A stretch of 64,000 nt of DNA from an uncultured Bacteroidales bacterium (GCA_934725575.1 CAKVCK010000001.1:218808-282807); one strand, 5' to 3'; counted from the stretch's first letter, positions 9,139 to 19,678 are shown. Numbers and translations are program-made. Notes: generated from the letters alone by a model not told the origin.

Positions 9139-9609
9139 ATGCGGAAAGAACAGATAATCCCCGGCATCGAAGAGGCTGTAAAAGCCCGCGGGTGCTTCAT
9201 TGTGGATGTGACAGTCAGCAATGATGACGACATAGTGCTCACCATAGAGAAAGAGGTCGGAGACATCGACCTGGAAGACTGCGTCAGCGTCAATGACGCT
9301 TTCCTCTCGGCCTTTGACAAGGATGTGGAGGATTATTCCCTGACAGTGACCTCAGCCGGTCTCGACCAGCCTTTCAAGGTTCTCAGGCAATACACCAAGG
9401 CCATAGGATCGGCGGTTGAGGTGAAGTTCAAAGGCGGCAGAAAGATCGTCGGAGTCCTGACGGCGGCGGACGAGAATGGAATATGCCTGAGATATTCACA
9501 GAAAGAGGCTGTCGAGGGGAAGAAAAAGAAGGAGATCGTGGAGCACGAGGACAGATTCGGCTTTGACGAGATCAATTCTGTGACACCGCACATTGTTTTC
9601 AAGAAATAA
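9139..9609 (+). CDS. rimP: Ribosome maturation factor RimP
   Basis: Start at MRKEQIIPGIEEAV. RimP-like sequence. Conserved position immediately upstream of nusA. Confidence 0.85.
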   Translation: MRKEQIIPGIEEAVKARGCFIVDVTVSNDDDIVLTIEKEVGDIDLEDCVSVNDAFLSAFDKDVEDYSLTVTSAGLDQPFKVLRQYTKAIGSAVEVKFKGGRKIVGVLTAADENGICLRYSQKEAVEGKKKKEIVEHEDRFGFDEINSVTPHIVFKK

Positions 9610-9630
9610 AAGAATATAAGAATATCAAAA

Positions 9631-10896
9631 ATGGAAAAGAAAGAAGAAATCACTCTCATTGATGCCTTCAAGGACTTCAAGGAAGAGAAGAACATCGACA
9701 GGCCTGTGATGATGGGCGTTCTCAAGGACGTGTTCCTCACACAGATCGCCAAGACTTTCGGATCGGCCGACAATTTCGATGTCATCATCAACGTTGACAA
9801 GGGAGACTGCGAGATCTACCAGAACTTCGATGTGGTCGAGGAGGTGGAGAATCCTAACACACAGATCACTCTTGATCAGATCAAGGCCGAGACCGGTGAT
9901 GACGACTACGAGATCGGAGACGTGTACACGAAGAAACTCTCCCTCGCGTCTTTCGGTAGAAGAGGAATCCTGAACATCAGGCAGAACCTTCAGGGCCGCA
10001 TCATGGACATCGACAAGGCGAATGTATTCAAGGCATATTCCGACAAGATCGGCGAGATATTCACGGGTGAGATCTACCAGACTTGGTCGAAGGAGGTCAT
10101 CATCCTTGACGACGACAACAATGAGCTTCATCTGCCTAAGGCCGAGCAGATTCCAGGAGAGAGATTCAAGAAGGGAGACACCCTCCGCGCCATCATCAAG
10201 AGCGTGGAGATGAAGAACAACACCACCCCTTACATCACTCTTTCCAGAACATCCAACGAGTTCCTTGAGAAACTCTTCGAGCATGAGGTTCCGGAGATAT
10301 TCGATGGCCTCATCACCATCAAGAAGGTTGTCCGTGTACCTGGCGAGCGCGCCAAGGTGGCTGTCGAGTCCTACGACGAGAGGATCGACCCGATCGGAGC
10401 GTGCATCGGCGTGAAGGGATCAAGAATCATCGGAATCGTGCGCGAGCTCCGCAACGAGAATATCGACGTGCTCCAGTGGACTAACAACACGCAGCTTCTC
10501 ATCCAAAGAGCCCTCAATCCTGCAAGAGTGTCATCAATCGACCTCGGCAACTCGGAAGAGGACAAGATCAAGGTTTACATGCAGCCTGACGAGGTCAAGA
10601 AAGGTATCGGTCGCGGAGGATGCAACATCAAGCTGGCAGGCATGCTTGTCGGAAGAGAGATCGAGGTCTGGAGAGAGCTTCCTAAGGACGAGGCTCAGGA
10701 AGAGGAGGACGTTCTCCTCAGCGAATTCAGCAACGAGATAGACCAGTGGGTGATCGACAGACTGGAGGCCATCGGATGCGACACGGCCAAGAGCGTGCTC
10801 GCGTTCACACCTGAGGACATCGCCAAGAGGGCCGACCTTGAGGATGAGACCGTGGCCGAAGTGTTCAGGATCCTGAGGGCCGAATTTGAAGAATAG
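9631..10896 (+). CDS. nusA: Transcription termination/antitermination factor NusA
   Basis: 421 aa. N-terminal domain plus S1 and two KH domains ([11 protein letters not shown]..., [12 protein letters not shown]). Followed by infB. Confidence 0.95.
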   Translation: MEKKEEITLIDAFKDFKEEKNIDRPVMMGVLKDVFLTQIAKTFGSADNFDVIINVDKGDCEIYQNFDVVEEVENPNTQITLDQIKAETGDDDYEIGDVYTKKLSLASFGRRGILNIRQNLQGRIMDIDKANVFKAYSDKIGEIFTGEIYQTWSKEVIILDDDNNELHLPKAEQIPGERFKKGDTLRAIIKSVEMKNNTTPYITLSRTSNEFLEKLFEHEVPEIFDGLITIKKVVRVPGERAKVAVESYDERIDPIGACIGVKGSRIIGIVRELRNENIDVLQWTNNTQLLIQRALNPARVSSIDLGNSEEDKIKVYMQPDEVKKGIGRGGCNIKLAGMLVGREIEVWRELPKDEAQEEEDVLLSEFSNEIDQWVIDRLEAIGCDTAKSVLAFTPEDIAKRADLEDETVAEVFRILRAEFEE

Positions 10897-10939
10897 TCCA
10901 GGCCGAATAGCGGACAATATTAATTTAAAGGGGTTGAAT

Positions 10940-13921
10940 ATGGCAGAAATCAGACTAAATAAAATCATCAAGACTTACAACATCGGGCTTCAGAAACTTG
11001 TGGACTTTTTGGCCAGCAAGGGAGTTGAGGTCGAAGCCAATCCTAACGTGAAGATCTCGGAGGATCTTCTTCCGGCGATTGACAAGCAATTCGAGAAGGA
11101 CAAGGCCAACAAGCAGGCTGCGGAAAAGATTGACATCAAACTCAACGAGATTCTGGAAAAGACATCCAGAAAGCAGCAGGAAAGCGCCAAAGAGGAAGAG
11201 GATGAACCGGTAAGGGAAACTGTCATCAAGACAACCATCTTCACTCCTGTCGAGCCTAAACCGGAACCTCAAGCCGCTGTTCATGAAGAGACGGAACCTG
11301 AGCGCGAAGAGGAAGTGGAGCCGATGGCTGAGCCAGAGCCACAGCCGGAACCACAACCTGAGCCACAGCCTGAGACCCAGGCGCCGGTCGAGGAGCAGGT
11401 AAAGGAACCGGAAACGAAACCCGAGGCAGAGCATGTCAAGGAGAGTCCGGTGATCGAGGAGCCTAAGCAGGAAGTCGTGGCCGAATCCAAGCCGGAGAAA
11501 AAGGTGGATAAACCCGTCAAGAACGTTACCCCTGAGCCGACAACCCCTGCTCCAGGGAAGGATGTCCGTGGCGGCGAGAGACCGCTGAGCAAGCACGAGA
11601 GGAAACTTGCGGCCAGACAGAGGGAGGAACAGGCGAAAGCCAGACACCAGCAGCAGGCACAACCTCAGGCTCAGGCACAACCTCAGGCTCAGGCACAACC
11701 TCAACAGCCTCAGGCCAAGGAGGAAAAGCCAGCGGAGCAAAGTTCCACCCCTGGGCTCAAAGTCTTGGGGAAGATTGACTTGTCCCAGTTCGAGCCTAAG
11801 AAGGGTAACAAGAAGAGAGAGAGAATAGCCAAGGGAAGCCAGAAGGTTGACGTGGCGAAGGAAGGCAAGCAGGCTGACAACAGTTCCCGCAAGGATAAGA
11901 ACAAGAATGCCAAGCAGGCTCAGGAGCAGGGCAAGGGCGGCAAGAAGCGCAACCGTGGGACGGACCGCTTCAAGCCGGCCATGACCGAGGAGGAGCAGGA
12001 GGCGATGCAGAAGGAGATCCAGAAGCAGGTCAAGGAGACCTACGCCAGGATGAACGACAACAAGAAGAACAACTTCGGAGCCAAGTACAGAAAGGAGAAG
12101 AGGGAGCAGGCCGCGGCCAAGTCCCAGGAGGAGATGGCACAGGAGATAGCCGAGAAGAAGGTCCTCAAGGTCACCGAGTTCGTGACCGTGAACGACCTCG
12201 CCACCCTTATGAACAACACTCCAGTCAACGAGGTCATCAAGGCTTGCATGGATCTGGGTCTTATGGTTTCCATCAACCAAAGGCTTGACGCAGAGGCGCT
12301 TGTGCTTGTCGCCGAGCAGTTCGGCTACAAGGTAGAGTTTGTGACCGCCGACCTCACCGAAGAGATCGAGGGAAGCAGCGAACAGGCTGACCGCGAGGAA
12401 GACCTTGTTCCGAGACCACCGATCATCACTGTGATGGGACACGTTGACCATGGTAAGACATCGTTGCTCGACTATATTCGTAAGTCAAACGTCATCGCAG
12501 GAGAGGCGGGAGGTATCACCCAGCACATCGGTGCCTACAACGTGAAGCTTCCAGACGGCAGGAGGATCACCTTCCTTGACACCCCTGGACACGAGGCGTT
12601 CACCGCTATGCGTGCCCGTGGAGCCCAGCTCACCGACCTTGCGATCATCATCATCGCGGCCGATGACGCTGTGATGCCTCAGACAGTCGAGGCCATCAAC
12701 CACGCCCAGGCGGCCGGTGTACCGATGGTGTTCGCCATCAACAAGATAGACAAGCCAGGCGCCCAGCCGGAAAGGATCTACCAGCAACTGGCACAAATGA
12801 ATATCCTAACTGAGGCATGGGGTGGGAAATACCAGTGTCAGGAAATCTCCGCGAAGAAGGGACTCAACGTCGACAAGCTTCTTGAGAAGGTTCTCCTTGA
12901 GACCGACCTTCTTGACCTCAAGGCCAACCCGAACAAGAACGGTGTCGGAGCGGTCATCGAGTCATCCCTTGACAAGGGACGTGGATATCTCGCCACGGTA
13001 CTCGTGCAGGACGGAACACTCAAGACCGGAGACATGGTGCTGAGCGGCAGTTACTACGGCCGTGTGAAGGCCATGTTCAACGAACGTGGACAGAAAGTGA
13101 AAGAGGCCGGTCCTTCGACCCCTGTTTCAATCCTCGGTCTGAACGGAGCGCCGAGCGCCGGTGACAAGTTCAATGTGATGAGCGACGAGAAGGAGGCCAA
13201 GGCAATCGCCAACAAGCGTGAGCAGCTCCTGCGAATCCAGGGCATCAAGACTCAGAAGCACATGACCCTTGAGGAGATCGGACGACGGATCGCCATCGGC
13301 AACTTCAAGGAACTCAACGTCATCGTGAAGGGTGACGTGGACGGATCGGTGGAGGCTCTCTCAGATTCCCTCATCAAGCTCTCAACCGAGCAGGTTCGTG
13401 TCAATGTGATCCACAAGGCTGTGGGAGCGATCTCCGAGTCCGATGTGATCCTGGCCGAGGCTTCGGATGCGGTCATCATCGGATTCCAGGTACGTCCTTC
13501 CACGGACGCAAGGAAACTGGCCGACGAGCAGGGAATCGAAATCCGTCTCTACTCCGTCATCTACGACGCCATCAACGATGTGAAGGACGGTATCGAAGGT
13601 ATGCTTGAGCCTATCAAGAAGGAGGAGATCACCGGAACGGCGGAGGTCAAGCAGACCTTCAAGATCTCGAAGGTCGGAACGATCGCCGGCTGTCTTGTCA
13701 GGGACGGTAAGATCGCTAAGACGGCGCAGTGCAGGCTTATCCGTGACGGTATCGTGGTTTACACCGGCGAGCTCGCCTCGCTCAAGAGGGGCAAGGACGA
13801 CGTGAAGGAGGTTTCCGCCGGAATGGAGTGTGGTATCGGCATCGACAAGTTCAACGACCTGAAGGTCGGGGACAATATCGAGGCGTTCGTGATCACAGAA
13901 ATCAAGCAGACGCTTGATTAA
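10940..13921 (+). CDS. infB: Translation initiation factor IF-2
   Basis: Start at [11 protein letters not shown]. Low-complexity N-terminal linker (PEPQ and QAQP repeats, K/E-rich), then GTPase G-domain motifs ([17 protein letters not shown]) and C-terminal domains. Confidence 0.95.
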   Translation: MAEIRLNKIIKTYNIGLQKLVDFLASKGVEVEANPNVKISEDLLPAIDKQFEKDKANKQAAEKIDIKLNEILEKTSRKQQESAKEEEDEPVRETVIKTTIFTPVEPKPEPQAAVHEETEPEREEEVEPMAEPEPQPEPQPEPQPETQAPVEEQVKEPETKPEAEHVKESPVIEEPKQEVVAESKPEKKVDKPVKNVTPEPTTPAPGKDVRGGERPLSKHERKLAARQREEQAKARHQQQAQPQAQAQPQAQAQPQQPQAKEEKPAEQSSTPGLKVLGKIDLSQFEPKKGNKKRERIAKGSQKVDVAKEGKQADNSSRKDKNKNAKQAQEQGKGGKKRNRGTDRFKPAMTEEEQEAMQKEIQKQVKETYARMNDNKKNNFGAKYRKEKREQAAAKSQEEMAQEIAEKKVLKVTEFVTVNDLATLMNNTPVNEVIKACMDLGLMVSINQRLDAEALVLVAEQFGYKVEFVTADLTEEIEGSSEQADREEDLVPRPPIITVMGHVDHGKTSLLDYIRKSNVIAGEAGGITQHIGAYNVKLPDGRRITFLDTPGHEAFTAMRARGAQLTDLAIIIIAADDAVMPQTVEAINHAQAAGVPMVFAINKIDKPGAQPERIYQQLAQMNILTEAWGGKYQCQEISAKKGLNVDKLLEKVLLETDLLDLKANPNKNGVGAVIESSLDKGRGYLATVLVQDGTLKTGDMVLSGSYYGRVKAMFNERGQKVKEAGPSTPVSILGLNGAPSAGDKFNVMSDEKEAKAIANKREQLLRIQGIKTQKHMTLEEIGRRIAIGNFKELNVIVKGDVDGSVEALSDSLIKLSTEQVRVNVIHKAVGAISESDVILAEASDAVIIGFQVRPSTDARKLADEQGIEIRLYSVIYDAINDVKDGIEGMLEPIKKEEITGTAEVKQTFKISKVGTIAGCLVRDGKIAKTAQCRLIRDGIVVYTGELASLKRGKDDVKEVSAGMECGIGIDKFNDLKVGDNIEAFVITEIKQTLD

Positions 13922-13954
13922 AAAAAGGAGGCTAAAAAAGCCTCCTTTTTTTCA
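13921..13954. terminator. Bidirectional rho-independent terminator shared by convergent infB and folP transcripts
   Basis: A7 run, then stem aaggaggct / agcctcctt (9 bp, A5 loop), then T7. Located just after the infB stop codon. Confidence 0.8.
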
Positions 13955-13963
13955 ATCAAGCGC

Positions 13964-14133
13964 CCGTAAAATCAACCCCCAGCCCCTTCGGGACAGCCCC
14001 GGTGGGGCACTGGGGAGCGGTCTCCCCAGACCCCTTGCGTCGCTACGCGCTGCGCGCGCTTTTCATCCAACCCCCAGTCCCTTCGGGACAGCCCCGGTGG
14101 GGCACTGGGGAGCGGTCTCCCCAGACCCCTTGC
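13964..14133. repeat. Two direct copies of a 75-bp GC-rich structured element, about 95 bp apart
   Basis: Copy 1 at 13964-14038 and copy 2 at 14059-14133, differing at one position (agCccc vs agTccc). Each contains internal hairpins (ggggag-cggt-ctcccc; ccccag...ctgggg; ccc-ttcg-ggg) and is much more GC-rich than its flanks. Confidence 0.7.
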
Positions 14134-14165
14134 GTCGCTACGCTCCGATTAACACGCTAGTTACC

Positions 14166-14990
14166 TTAAATACCATTTAAAAGGCGGTAGAGATTGACTG
14201 TGCGGACAGCCTCGGCGACATCGTGGACGCGGAGGATGTCCGCGCCGTTTTGCAGGGCGATGAAGTCGGCGACCTGCGTTGCCGGAAGCGCCTCAGCTGG
14301 AGTGATGCCCAGAGGCCTGAACAAGAAACTCTTGCGGGACAGTCCCACAAGAATATCTTTACCAAACTCCTGAAGGACAGCCATTTCACGGAGCAGTTGC
14401 CAGTTCTGTTCCACCGTCTTAGCGAAACCGAAACCTGGATCCAGAATCCAGTCCTTCACCCCGTGCCGGTCCGCCTCGGCGGCGATCCCGACAAAGAACT
14501 CACGGACAGCCTCGGTGACATTGTCATAGTCAGTTAGCGTCTGCATATTCTTTGGAGTGCCACGTGTGTGCATGGCGATGTACGGCAGCTGAAGCTGTCC
14601 AAGCAGCCTCCACATGTCCTCACACCCACCGCTGACATCGTTCACTACGAAAGGGCCGACGATGTCGAACGCGCGGCTCACGACGGAAGGCCTGAAAGTG
14701 TCAATCGAAATCCTGACCTCAGGATGCTCAGATGCAAGAATATGCAAGGCCGGCTCAAGCCGTTTCCACTCCTCTTCCTCACTGATGGAGTCGGAGCCGG
14801 GGCGTGTCGAGCACGCTCCCAAGTCAAGGATGTCCGCTCCCGACTCAAGCATATTCACAATCCTGCCGCGGAAAAGTTCCTCATCGAAGGACCCGTCCGC
14901 CCGGAGGTTGCGGCTGCCTGCGAAAAAAGAGTCGTCGGTGAGGTTCACTATGCCCATCACCTGAATATTTCTGTCTGCCTTGTTTCCCAT
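14166..14990 (-). CDS. folP: Dihydropteroate synthase
   Basis: Start at MGNKADRNIQVMGIVNLTDDSFF (Pterin_bind motifs VMGIVN.TPDSFSDGG-like). The upstream in-frame extension is probably not translated. Confidence 0.9.
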   Translation of the reverse strand: MGNKADRNIQVMGIVNLTDDSFFAGSRNLRADGSFDEELFRGRIVNMLESGADILDLGACSTRPGSDSISEEEEWKRLEPALHILASEHPEVRISIDTFRPSVVSRAFDIVGPFVVNDVSGGCEDMWRLLGQLQLPYIAMHTRGTPKNMQTLTDYDNVTEAVREFFVGIAAEADRHGVKDWILDPGFGFAKTVEQNWQLLREMAVLQEFGKDILVGLSRKSFLFRPLGITPAEALPATQVADFIALQNGADILRVHDVAEAVRTVNLYRLLNGI

Positions 14991-15094
14991 AATGACATTA
15001 ATTTTGAACAAAAATAGACAAAAATTGAATATCTTTGCGATTCGGAAGAAGTTTTGAACATTGCTCAAGACCTCCATCGGAAAAATCAATCGTT

Positions 15095-15781
15095 ATGCTG
15101 GTCGTTCTGGAAGGTTTGGACGGAGCTGGGAAATCCACGCAAGTCAAGAAGTTGAAGGCGTATCTCGAAAAGATATGCCCGGAATTGGAATACATTCACT
15201 TTCCAAGATACGACGCGCCGGTCTATGGCGATCTGATCAGCCGGTTTCTGCGCGGAGACTTCGGGAACAACGAGACGGTTCACCCTCAACTGGTAGCCCT
15301 GCTGTTCGCCGAGGACAGGCACGGAGCGGCCCCGGAGATGAAGAAGACACTGGCGGAAGGCGGCACGGTACTGCTTGACAGATACGTTTATTCCAACATC
15401 GCCTACCAATGCGCCAAGCTGCACACCTCCGAGGAAAGAGAGAACTTGCGCGAATGGATCCTCAACACTGAATATGGCGACTTCGGCCTCCCGAAGCCAG
15501 ACTTGAATATATTCCTGGACGTTCCCATCACATTCGTGGAAAGCAGGTTGGAGTCAGCGCGGACGGGGAAGGACAGGGAATATCTCCACGGCTCACAGGA
15601 TATTCACGAATCAGACATAGAGTTCCAGAAGCAGGTCCGCTCGATCTACAGGCAGCAGGTCGCGCTTGATCCGGATTTCATCAGGATAGACTGCTCGGAC
15701 GAGTTCGGGGAGATGCTGCCGCCGGACGGGATATTCGCAAAGGTAAAGAAAGTTATTGACGAACATATCGAAGCAAAATGA
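15095..15781 (+). CDS. tmk: Thymidylate kinase (dTMP kinase family)
   Basis: Start at MLVVLEGLDGAGKSTQ (P-loop), LID-region-like sequence. The stop overlaps the next gene's start as ATGA. Confidence 0.85.
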   Translation: MLVVLEGLDGAGKSTQVKKLKAYLEKICPELEYIHFPRYDAPVYGDLISRFLRGDFGNNETVHPQLVALLFAEDRHGAAPEMKKTLAEGGTVLLDRYVYSNIAYQCAKLHTSEERENLREWILNTEYGDFGLPKPDLNIFLDVPITFVESRLESARTGKDREYLHGSQDIHESDIEFQKQVRSIYRQQVALDPDFIRIDCSDEFGEMLPPDGIFAKVKKVIDEHIEAK

Positions 15782-17016
15782 ACAACGTTTTCCTCTTCAG
15801 GCTGAGAAGGCTGTGCGCTTTTTTGATTGGTGTGGTGTTCCTGCTCGCGGGAATATTCAAACTGCTTGATCCGGTAGGCGCGGGCCTTGTGATGGAAGGG
15901 TACTTGAGATTCCTCCATCTTGCATTCCTGCTGCCAGCGGCGAAGGCATTCGCCGTGGTTTTCGCACTTGCGGAGGCCATCCTCGGAGCGGCGATGATCA
16001 GTGGGGTCTGGAGAAAGCAGGTGGCGATCATCACCACTGCGATGATTGTCTTTTTCACCGTGCTGACGCTGTTTCTGGCCATATTCAATCCGGTAAGCTT
16101 GACTGACTGCGGCTGCTTCGGAGAGGTGATCCACCTGACCAACTTCCAGACGTTCCTTAAGAATCTGGTTCTGCTGGCATTGGCGATGACAGCGTTCCTG
16201 CCGTTCAAGAATTTCGGGAAGAACCGGAAGCGGAAATATGTCTCTTTCGGCATCGTGTCGGCCTCGATCCTTCTTTTTGCTGTCTATTCATTGACATCTA
16301 TCCCGATGGTGGACTACACCGCCTTCACTCCTGGCAGCGAATTGCTGGCGTCTGTTAGCAATGATGACGAGGAGGATGAAGCCTCCGGCAACTACAAATC
16401 CACGATCATCTACGAGAAGAACGGCCAGGAAGGAGCCTTCGACCTCGATCATCTTCCGGATTCAACTTGGACATACGTCCGCACGGAGACAATCCTGATC
16501 CACGGAGCGGACATCGAGGACAACAAGCCGGCGCTCTCGTTCACAGACTCATCAGGCAATTACCAAGACGAAAGGGCCACCTACGGCAATGTGCTTGCGG
16601 TTTCGGTCTATGACCCGGCCAAGACCAACGGATCTTTCTGGACAAGGATAGCCGATGCCCTTGACGGGGCGAAAGCCGCCGGGTTCACTCCCCTGCTGCT
16701 GATTTCCTCTACGAGGGAGCAGTTTGACAATATGTCCGTGATTGTACCGGATGTGCATTCCCGGCTGGCCGGATCGACATATTTCGCCGACAAGAAAGAG
16801 CTCGTCACCCTCAACCGCTCGAACGGTGGCGCGACTTGGTTCAACGATGGCCAGCTGATCCGGAAATATTCACACGGCCGCATCCCGTCGGACGACACTC
16901 TGCTGGAGATGACCGGTGATGATCCGACCGAGGAGATGCTGCGCTCCAGCACAAAGAGCCGCCTCCGCTTCCAAGGGTTCGCACTATACGTATTCGCGCT
17001 CCTGCTGATACTGTAA
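15778..17016 (+). CDS. MauE/DoxX-like integral membrane protein with a ~240-aa C-terminal extracytoplasmic domain
   Basis: Four TM helices with a CGCFG motif (LTDCGCFGEV) typical of MauE/DoxX-type proteins, then a soluble domain and a final hydrophobic segment. Family assignment approximate. Confidence 0.55.
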   Translation: MNNVFLFRLRRLCAFLIGVVFLLAGIFKLLDPVGAGLVMEGYLRFLHLAFLLPAAKAFAVVFALAEAILGAAMISGVWRKQVAIITTAMIVFFTVLTLFLAIFNPVSLTDCGCFGEVIHLTNFQTFLKNLVLLALAMTAFLPFKNFGKNRKRKYVSFGIVSASILLFAVYSLTSIPMVDYTAFTPGSELLASVSNDDEEDEASGNYKSTIIYEKNGQEGAFDLDHLPDSTWTYVRTETILIHGADIEDNKPALSFTDSSGNYQDERATYGNVLAVSVYDPAKTNGSFWTRIADALDGAKAAGFTPLLLISSTREQFDNMSVIVPDVHSRLAGSTYFADKKELVTLNRSNGGATWFNDGQLIRKYSHGRIPSDDTLLEMTGDDPTEEMLRSSTKSRLRFQGFALYVFALLLIL

Positions 17017-17250
17017 CACCTTGAGTCAAAGAATCATACTTTCAAATTCCACATTGTCATAGGAAATCAACATTTGCCCTAAGCGAGACCGAGGATTGGT
17101 TGACCATATTTGTTGGCAGCCAAGTGTGCTCCGGCACGCAGGATGTCGGCGGAATGCCAAAGGTTATCTTTCAGATTCTTAAGTTCTGTGTCAGTCATTT
17201 GTCCGAATGTTGGTTCAGACTATAAATATACACAAATTTCTTCTTATTGA

Positions 17251-17290
17251 TGAAAAATCCCCGAGACCGTTTGAATTGGCCTCGGGGATT
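17251..17290 (-). terminator. Rho-independent terminator downstream of the small RGG-tail ORF
   Basis: On the minus strand, gaatccccgag(g)cc ... gg(t)ctcggggatt hairpin followed by UUUUUC. Confidence 0.55.
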
Positions 17291-17332
17291 CATATTCAAT
17301 TGCCACCTCGTTTGATCGAGGTCGGATATTCA

Positions 17333-17728
17333 TTAAAAGAACTCCTCTGTGTTCTTGTCGAGGTTGTCGGAGTGGTCTTCGGTGTTGGCGTTGAAGTCGT
17401 TCTTCGGGCCGAAGTTCCTGTGGCCTCCGTTCCTGCGGTCGTCGCCACCTCTGCGGTCGAATCCGCCCCTGCGGTCATCGCCGCCGCGACGGTCGAAACC
17501 ACCTCTTCTGTCATCGCCACCTCTACGGTCAAAGCCACGACGATCGTCACCGCCCCTGCGGTCGAAGCCTCCTCTGCGGTCACGGTCTCCGCCACGGTCG
17601 TTGCCTCCGCGCCGTCCGAGGGGCCGGTCAATCACGGATCTCAGTCCGCTGCGGTTAAAAATGTAGAGGATGGAGAAAAGTCCCCCGAAAGGGTTGATGT
17701 TGTCAGATTTTAGTTGTATCTTCGCCAT
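17333..17728 (-). CDS. Small protein (~131 aa): short unique N-terminal region fused to an Arg/Gly/Asp-rich (RGG/DRR-repeat) disordered tail homologous to the PNPase C-terminal tail
   Basis: Start taken at MAKIQLKSDNINPF (an alternative start at 17794 gives 153 aa). The C-terminal ~85 aa match the pnp tail (...[31 protein letters not shown] identical). The last ~117 nt of CDS plus ~40 nt of 3' UTR are near-identical to 37060-37210. Confidence 0.5.
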   Translation of the reverse strand: MAKIQLKSDNINPFGGLFSILYIFNRSGLRSVIDRPLGRRGGNDRGGDRDRRGGFDRRGGDDRRGFDRRGGDDRRGGFDRRGGDDRRGGFDRRGGDDRRNGGHRNFGPKNDFNANTEDHSDNLDKNTEEFF

Positions 17729-17908
17729 GTCAGTGCCCGCTTGTATGGTTGATTTAGCAAGTACTGATTTAGGTGAAATCTCTGACATTACCAAGCCTTG
17801 GTAAGGGTTTCTTTATCAAGGCTTTTCACTTTTTGGCAGACTATAGGTCTGCGGAATATAGGATATTTGTCCGAATGAAAATGACGATAATCATTAGTTC
17901 ATAACAAT

Positions 17909-19678
17909 ATGACAAAATTTCTTGCTATCCTTAATTCGGTAGCTCTTCTGCTATGCTCTGCAATTTTCCTGAATGCACAGGAGCGCGATTCTCGTACCAG
18001 GACATACATTTCACCTTCACGTGTCGTATGGCAGAGTGATGCCGGTGTTCGCCTCTCTGATGTTCTGCTCAAACCTGGTAACGGCCAGGCCTACTGCAAC
18101 AATGACACCCCGGAATCGTACTGCATCATGAAATCAGGTGACGGAGTGCATCCTGCAATCCTTCTCGACTTCGGAAAGGAATTGCATGGAGGACTTCAGC
18201 TCGTCACCGGTCCAATCGTGGATCCTGTTCAAGTACGTGTACGCTATGGAGAATCAGCAAGCGAGGCGATGTCCGAAGTCGGCGGCAAGGGCGGTGCGAC
18301 GAATGATCACTCCATACGGGACCAGATAGTTTTACTTCCGATGATGGGCACGGTGGAAATCGGTAATTCCGGATTCCGTTTCGTGCGCATTGACCTCATT
18401 GACAATGACAGGGAACTGAAACTCAAGGAAGCAAGAGCCATTTCAATAATGCGTGACATTGAATATGTCGGTTCTTTCAGCAGCAGCGATGATCGCCTGA
18501 ACCGGATTTGGGAGACGGGAGCCTACACGGTGCATCTGTGTATGCAGAATTTCCTTATCGAGGGCATAAAGCGCGACAGGCTTGTATGGATGGGCGATTC
18601 CTATCCGATGGTCATGACGATTGCGACTGTCTTCGGAAACAATGAGGTGGTCCCCAGAACACTTGACTGGATGCGTGACATAACTCCTCTTCCAAAATGG
18701 ATGAACGGGTTCTCTGCGACTTACTCGATATGGTGGATGCTTTGTTGTCATGACTGGTATCGCCACACCGGAAATCTGGACAATCTTCTTGAGTCCAGAG
18801 GATACATCACGGAGCTGTTGCGCTTGTTGATTTCCAAAATATCTTCTGATGGACGTGAAAACCTTAACGGGCCACGTTTCCTTGACTGGCCGACTGAAGG
18901 CAACAAACAGGCAAAGGATGTAGGAATTCAGGCCCTGATGGTTCTTGCAATGCAGTGTGGGCAGGATTTTGGAACTATATTCAATGACCAGCAACTCAAG
19001 AATGACTGTGCTGCAGCCGAGAAACTCCTCACTAAACCAGCAAACAAACTCTACGACGAGTTCCTCAAGTCCGATGTCGCTCCTGATGCGCCGGGGTCAA
19101 AGCAGGCTGCGGCGCTGATGACTCTCGCAGGTCTTACGAGTGCCAAGAACGCAGACAAGGATATCCTTTCCTACAATGGAGGCCATGGATTCTCGACTTT
19201 CTACGGATATATTATGCTTGAGGCAATGGCACGTGCAGGTGACTGGCAGGGTGCGCTCGACATCATCCGCAACTATTGGGGAGCGATGATTGACCTCGGA
19301 GCGACGACATTCTGGGAAGATTTCAACCTTGACTGGCTTCCGAACGCGGCCGGCATTGACGAACTTGTCCCGGAAGGGAAAAAGGACATTCACGGCGATT
19401 TTGGCGCATATTGCTACCTGGGTTTCCGTCACAGTCTGTGTCATGGCTGGGCATCCGGTCCGACAGCATGGATTAGCCATCATGTCCTCGGTATCGAAAT
19501 CCTCGAACCGGGTTGTGCCCAAGTCCGTATCACCCCGCATCTTGGTGACCTCGACTGGGCTGAAGGCTCGTTCCCGACGCCATACGGCCCAATCAGAGTA
19601 CGCCACGAAAGACAGTCTGACGGAAGTATCCACACGGAAGTCTCCGTCCCGGACGGTGTCGAAATTGTCGGCAAATAA
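17909..19678 (+). CDS. Alpha-L-rhamnosidase-like glycoside hydrolase (GH78 six-hairpin catalytic domain)
   Basis: 589 aa with a signal peptide. (alpha/alpha)6 domain motifs (WMGDSYPM, GHGFSTFYGYIMLEAMARAG, TFWEDFNLDW, CHGWASGP). Shorter than multi-domain GH78 enzymes. Confidence 0.8.
   Translation: MTKFLAILNSVALLLCSAIFLNAQERDSRTRTYISPSRVVWQSDAGVRLSDVLLKPGNGQAYCNNDTPESYCIMKSGDGVHPAILLDFGKELHGGLQLVTGPIVDPVQVRVRYGESASEAMSEVGGKGGATNDHSIRDQIVLLPMMGTVEIGNSGFRFVRIDLIDNDRELKLKEARAISIMRDIEYVGSFSSSDDRLNRIWETGAYTVHLCMQNFLIEGIKRDRLVWMGDSYPMVMTIATVFGNNEVVPRTLDWMRDITPLPKWMNGFSATYSIWWMLCCHDWYRHTGNLDNLLESRGYITELLRLLISKISSDGRENLNGPRFLDWPTEGNKQAKDVGIQALMVLAMQCGQDFGTIFNDQQLKNDCAAAEKLLTKPANKLYDEFLKSDVAPDAPGSKQAAALMTLAGLTSAKNADKDILSYNGGHGFSTFYGYIMLEAMARAGDWQGALDIIRNYWGAMIDLGATTFWEDFNLDWLPNAAGIDELVPEGKKDIHGDFGAYCYLGFRHSLCHGWASGPTAWISHHVLGIEILEPGCAQVRITPHLGDLDWAEGSFPTPYGPIRVRHERQSDGSIHTEVSVPDGVEIVGK

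Noticed and set aside
11330-11720. [14 protein letters not shown] and [17 protein letters not shown] tandem repeats
   Set aside because: This is the normal hypervariable low-complexity linker of IF-2's N-terminal region. It is not a separate element.
10955-12451. 498-aa ORF on the minus strand antisense to infB
   Set aside because: It lies entirely within the infB N-terminal low-complexity linker. It is a shadow ORF produced by repetitive codons (L/R-rich translation) and has no independent signals.
13914-14180. 88-aa plus-strand ORF spanning the terminator and the GC-rich repeats
   Set aside because: It starts inside the infB stop and terminator region and runs through hairpin-forming repeats. 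There is no promoter and the composition is implausible for coding.
17207-17713. Several overlapping ORFs in other frames and strands across the RGG-repeat region (17207-17713 +, 17296-17631 -, 17349-17666 +), and similarly 37059-37592 + and 37067-37384 - over the pnp tail
   Set aside because: They are repeat-driven alternate frames of GC-rich RGG/DRR codons. Only the frame continuous with the PNPase S1 domain (at 37 kb) and the matching frame at 17 kb are coherent.
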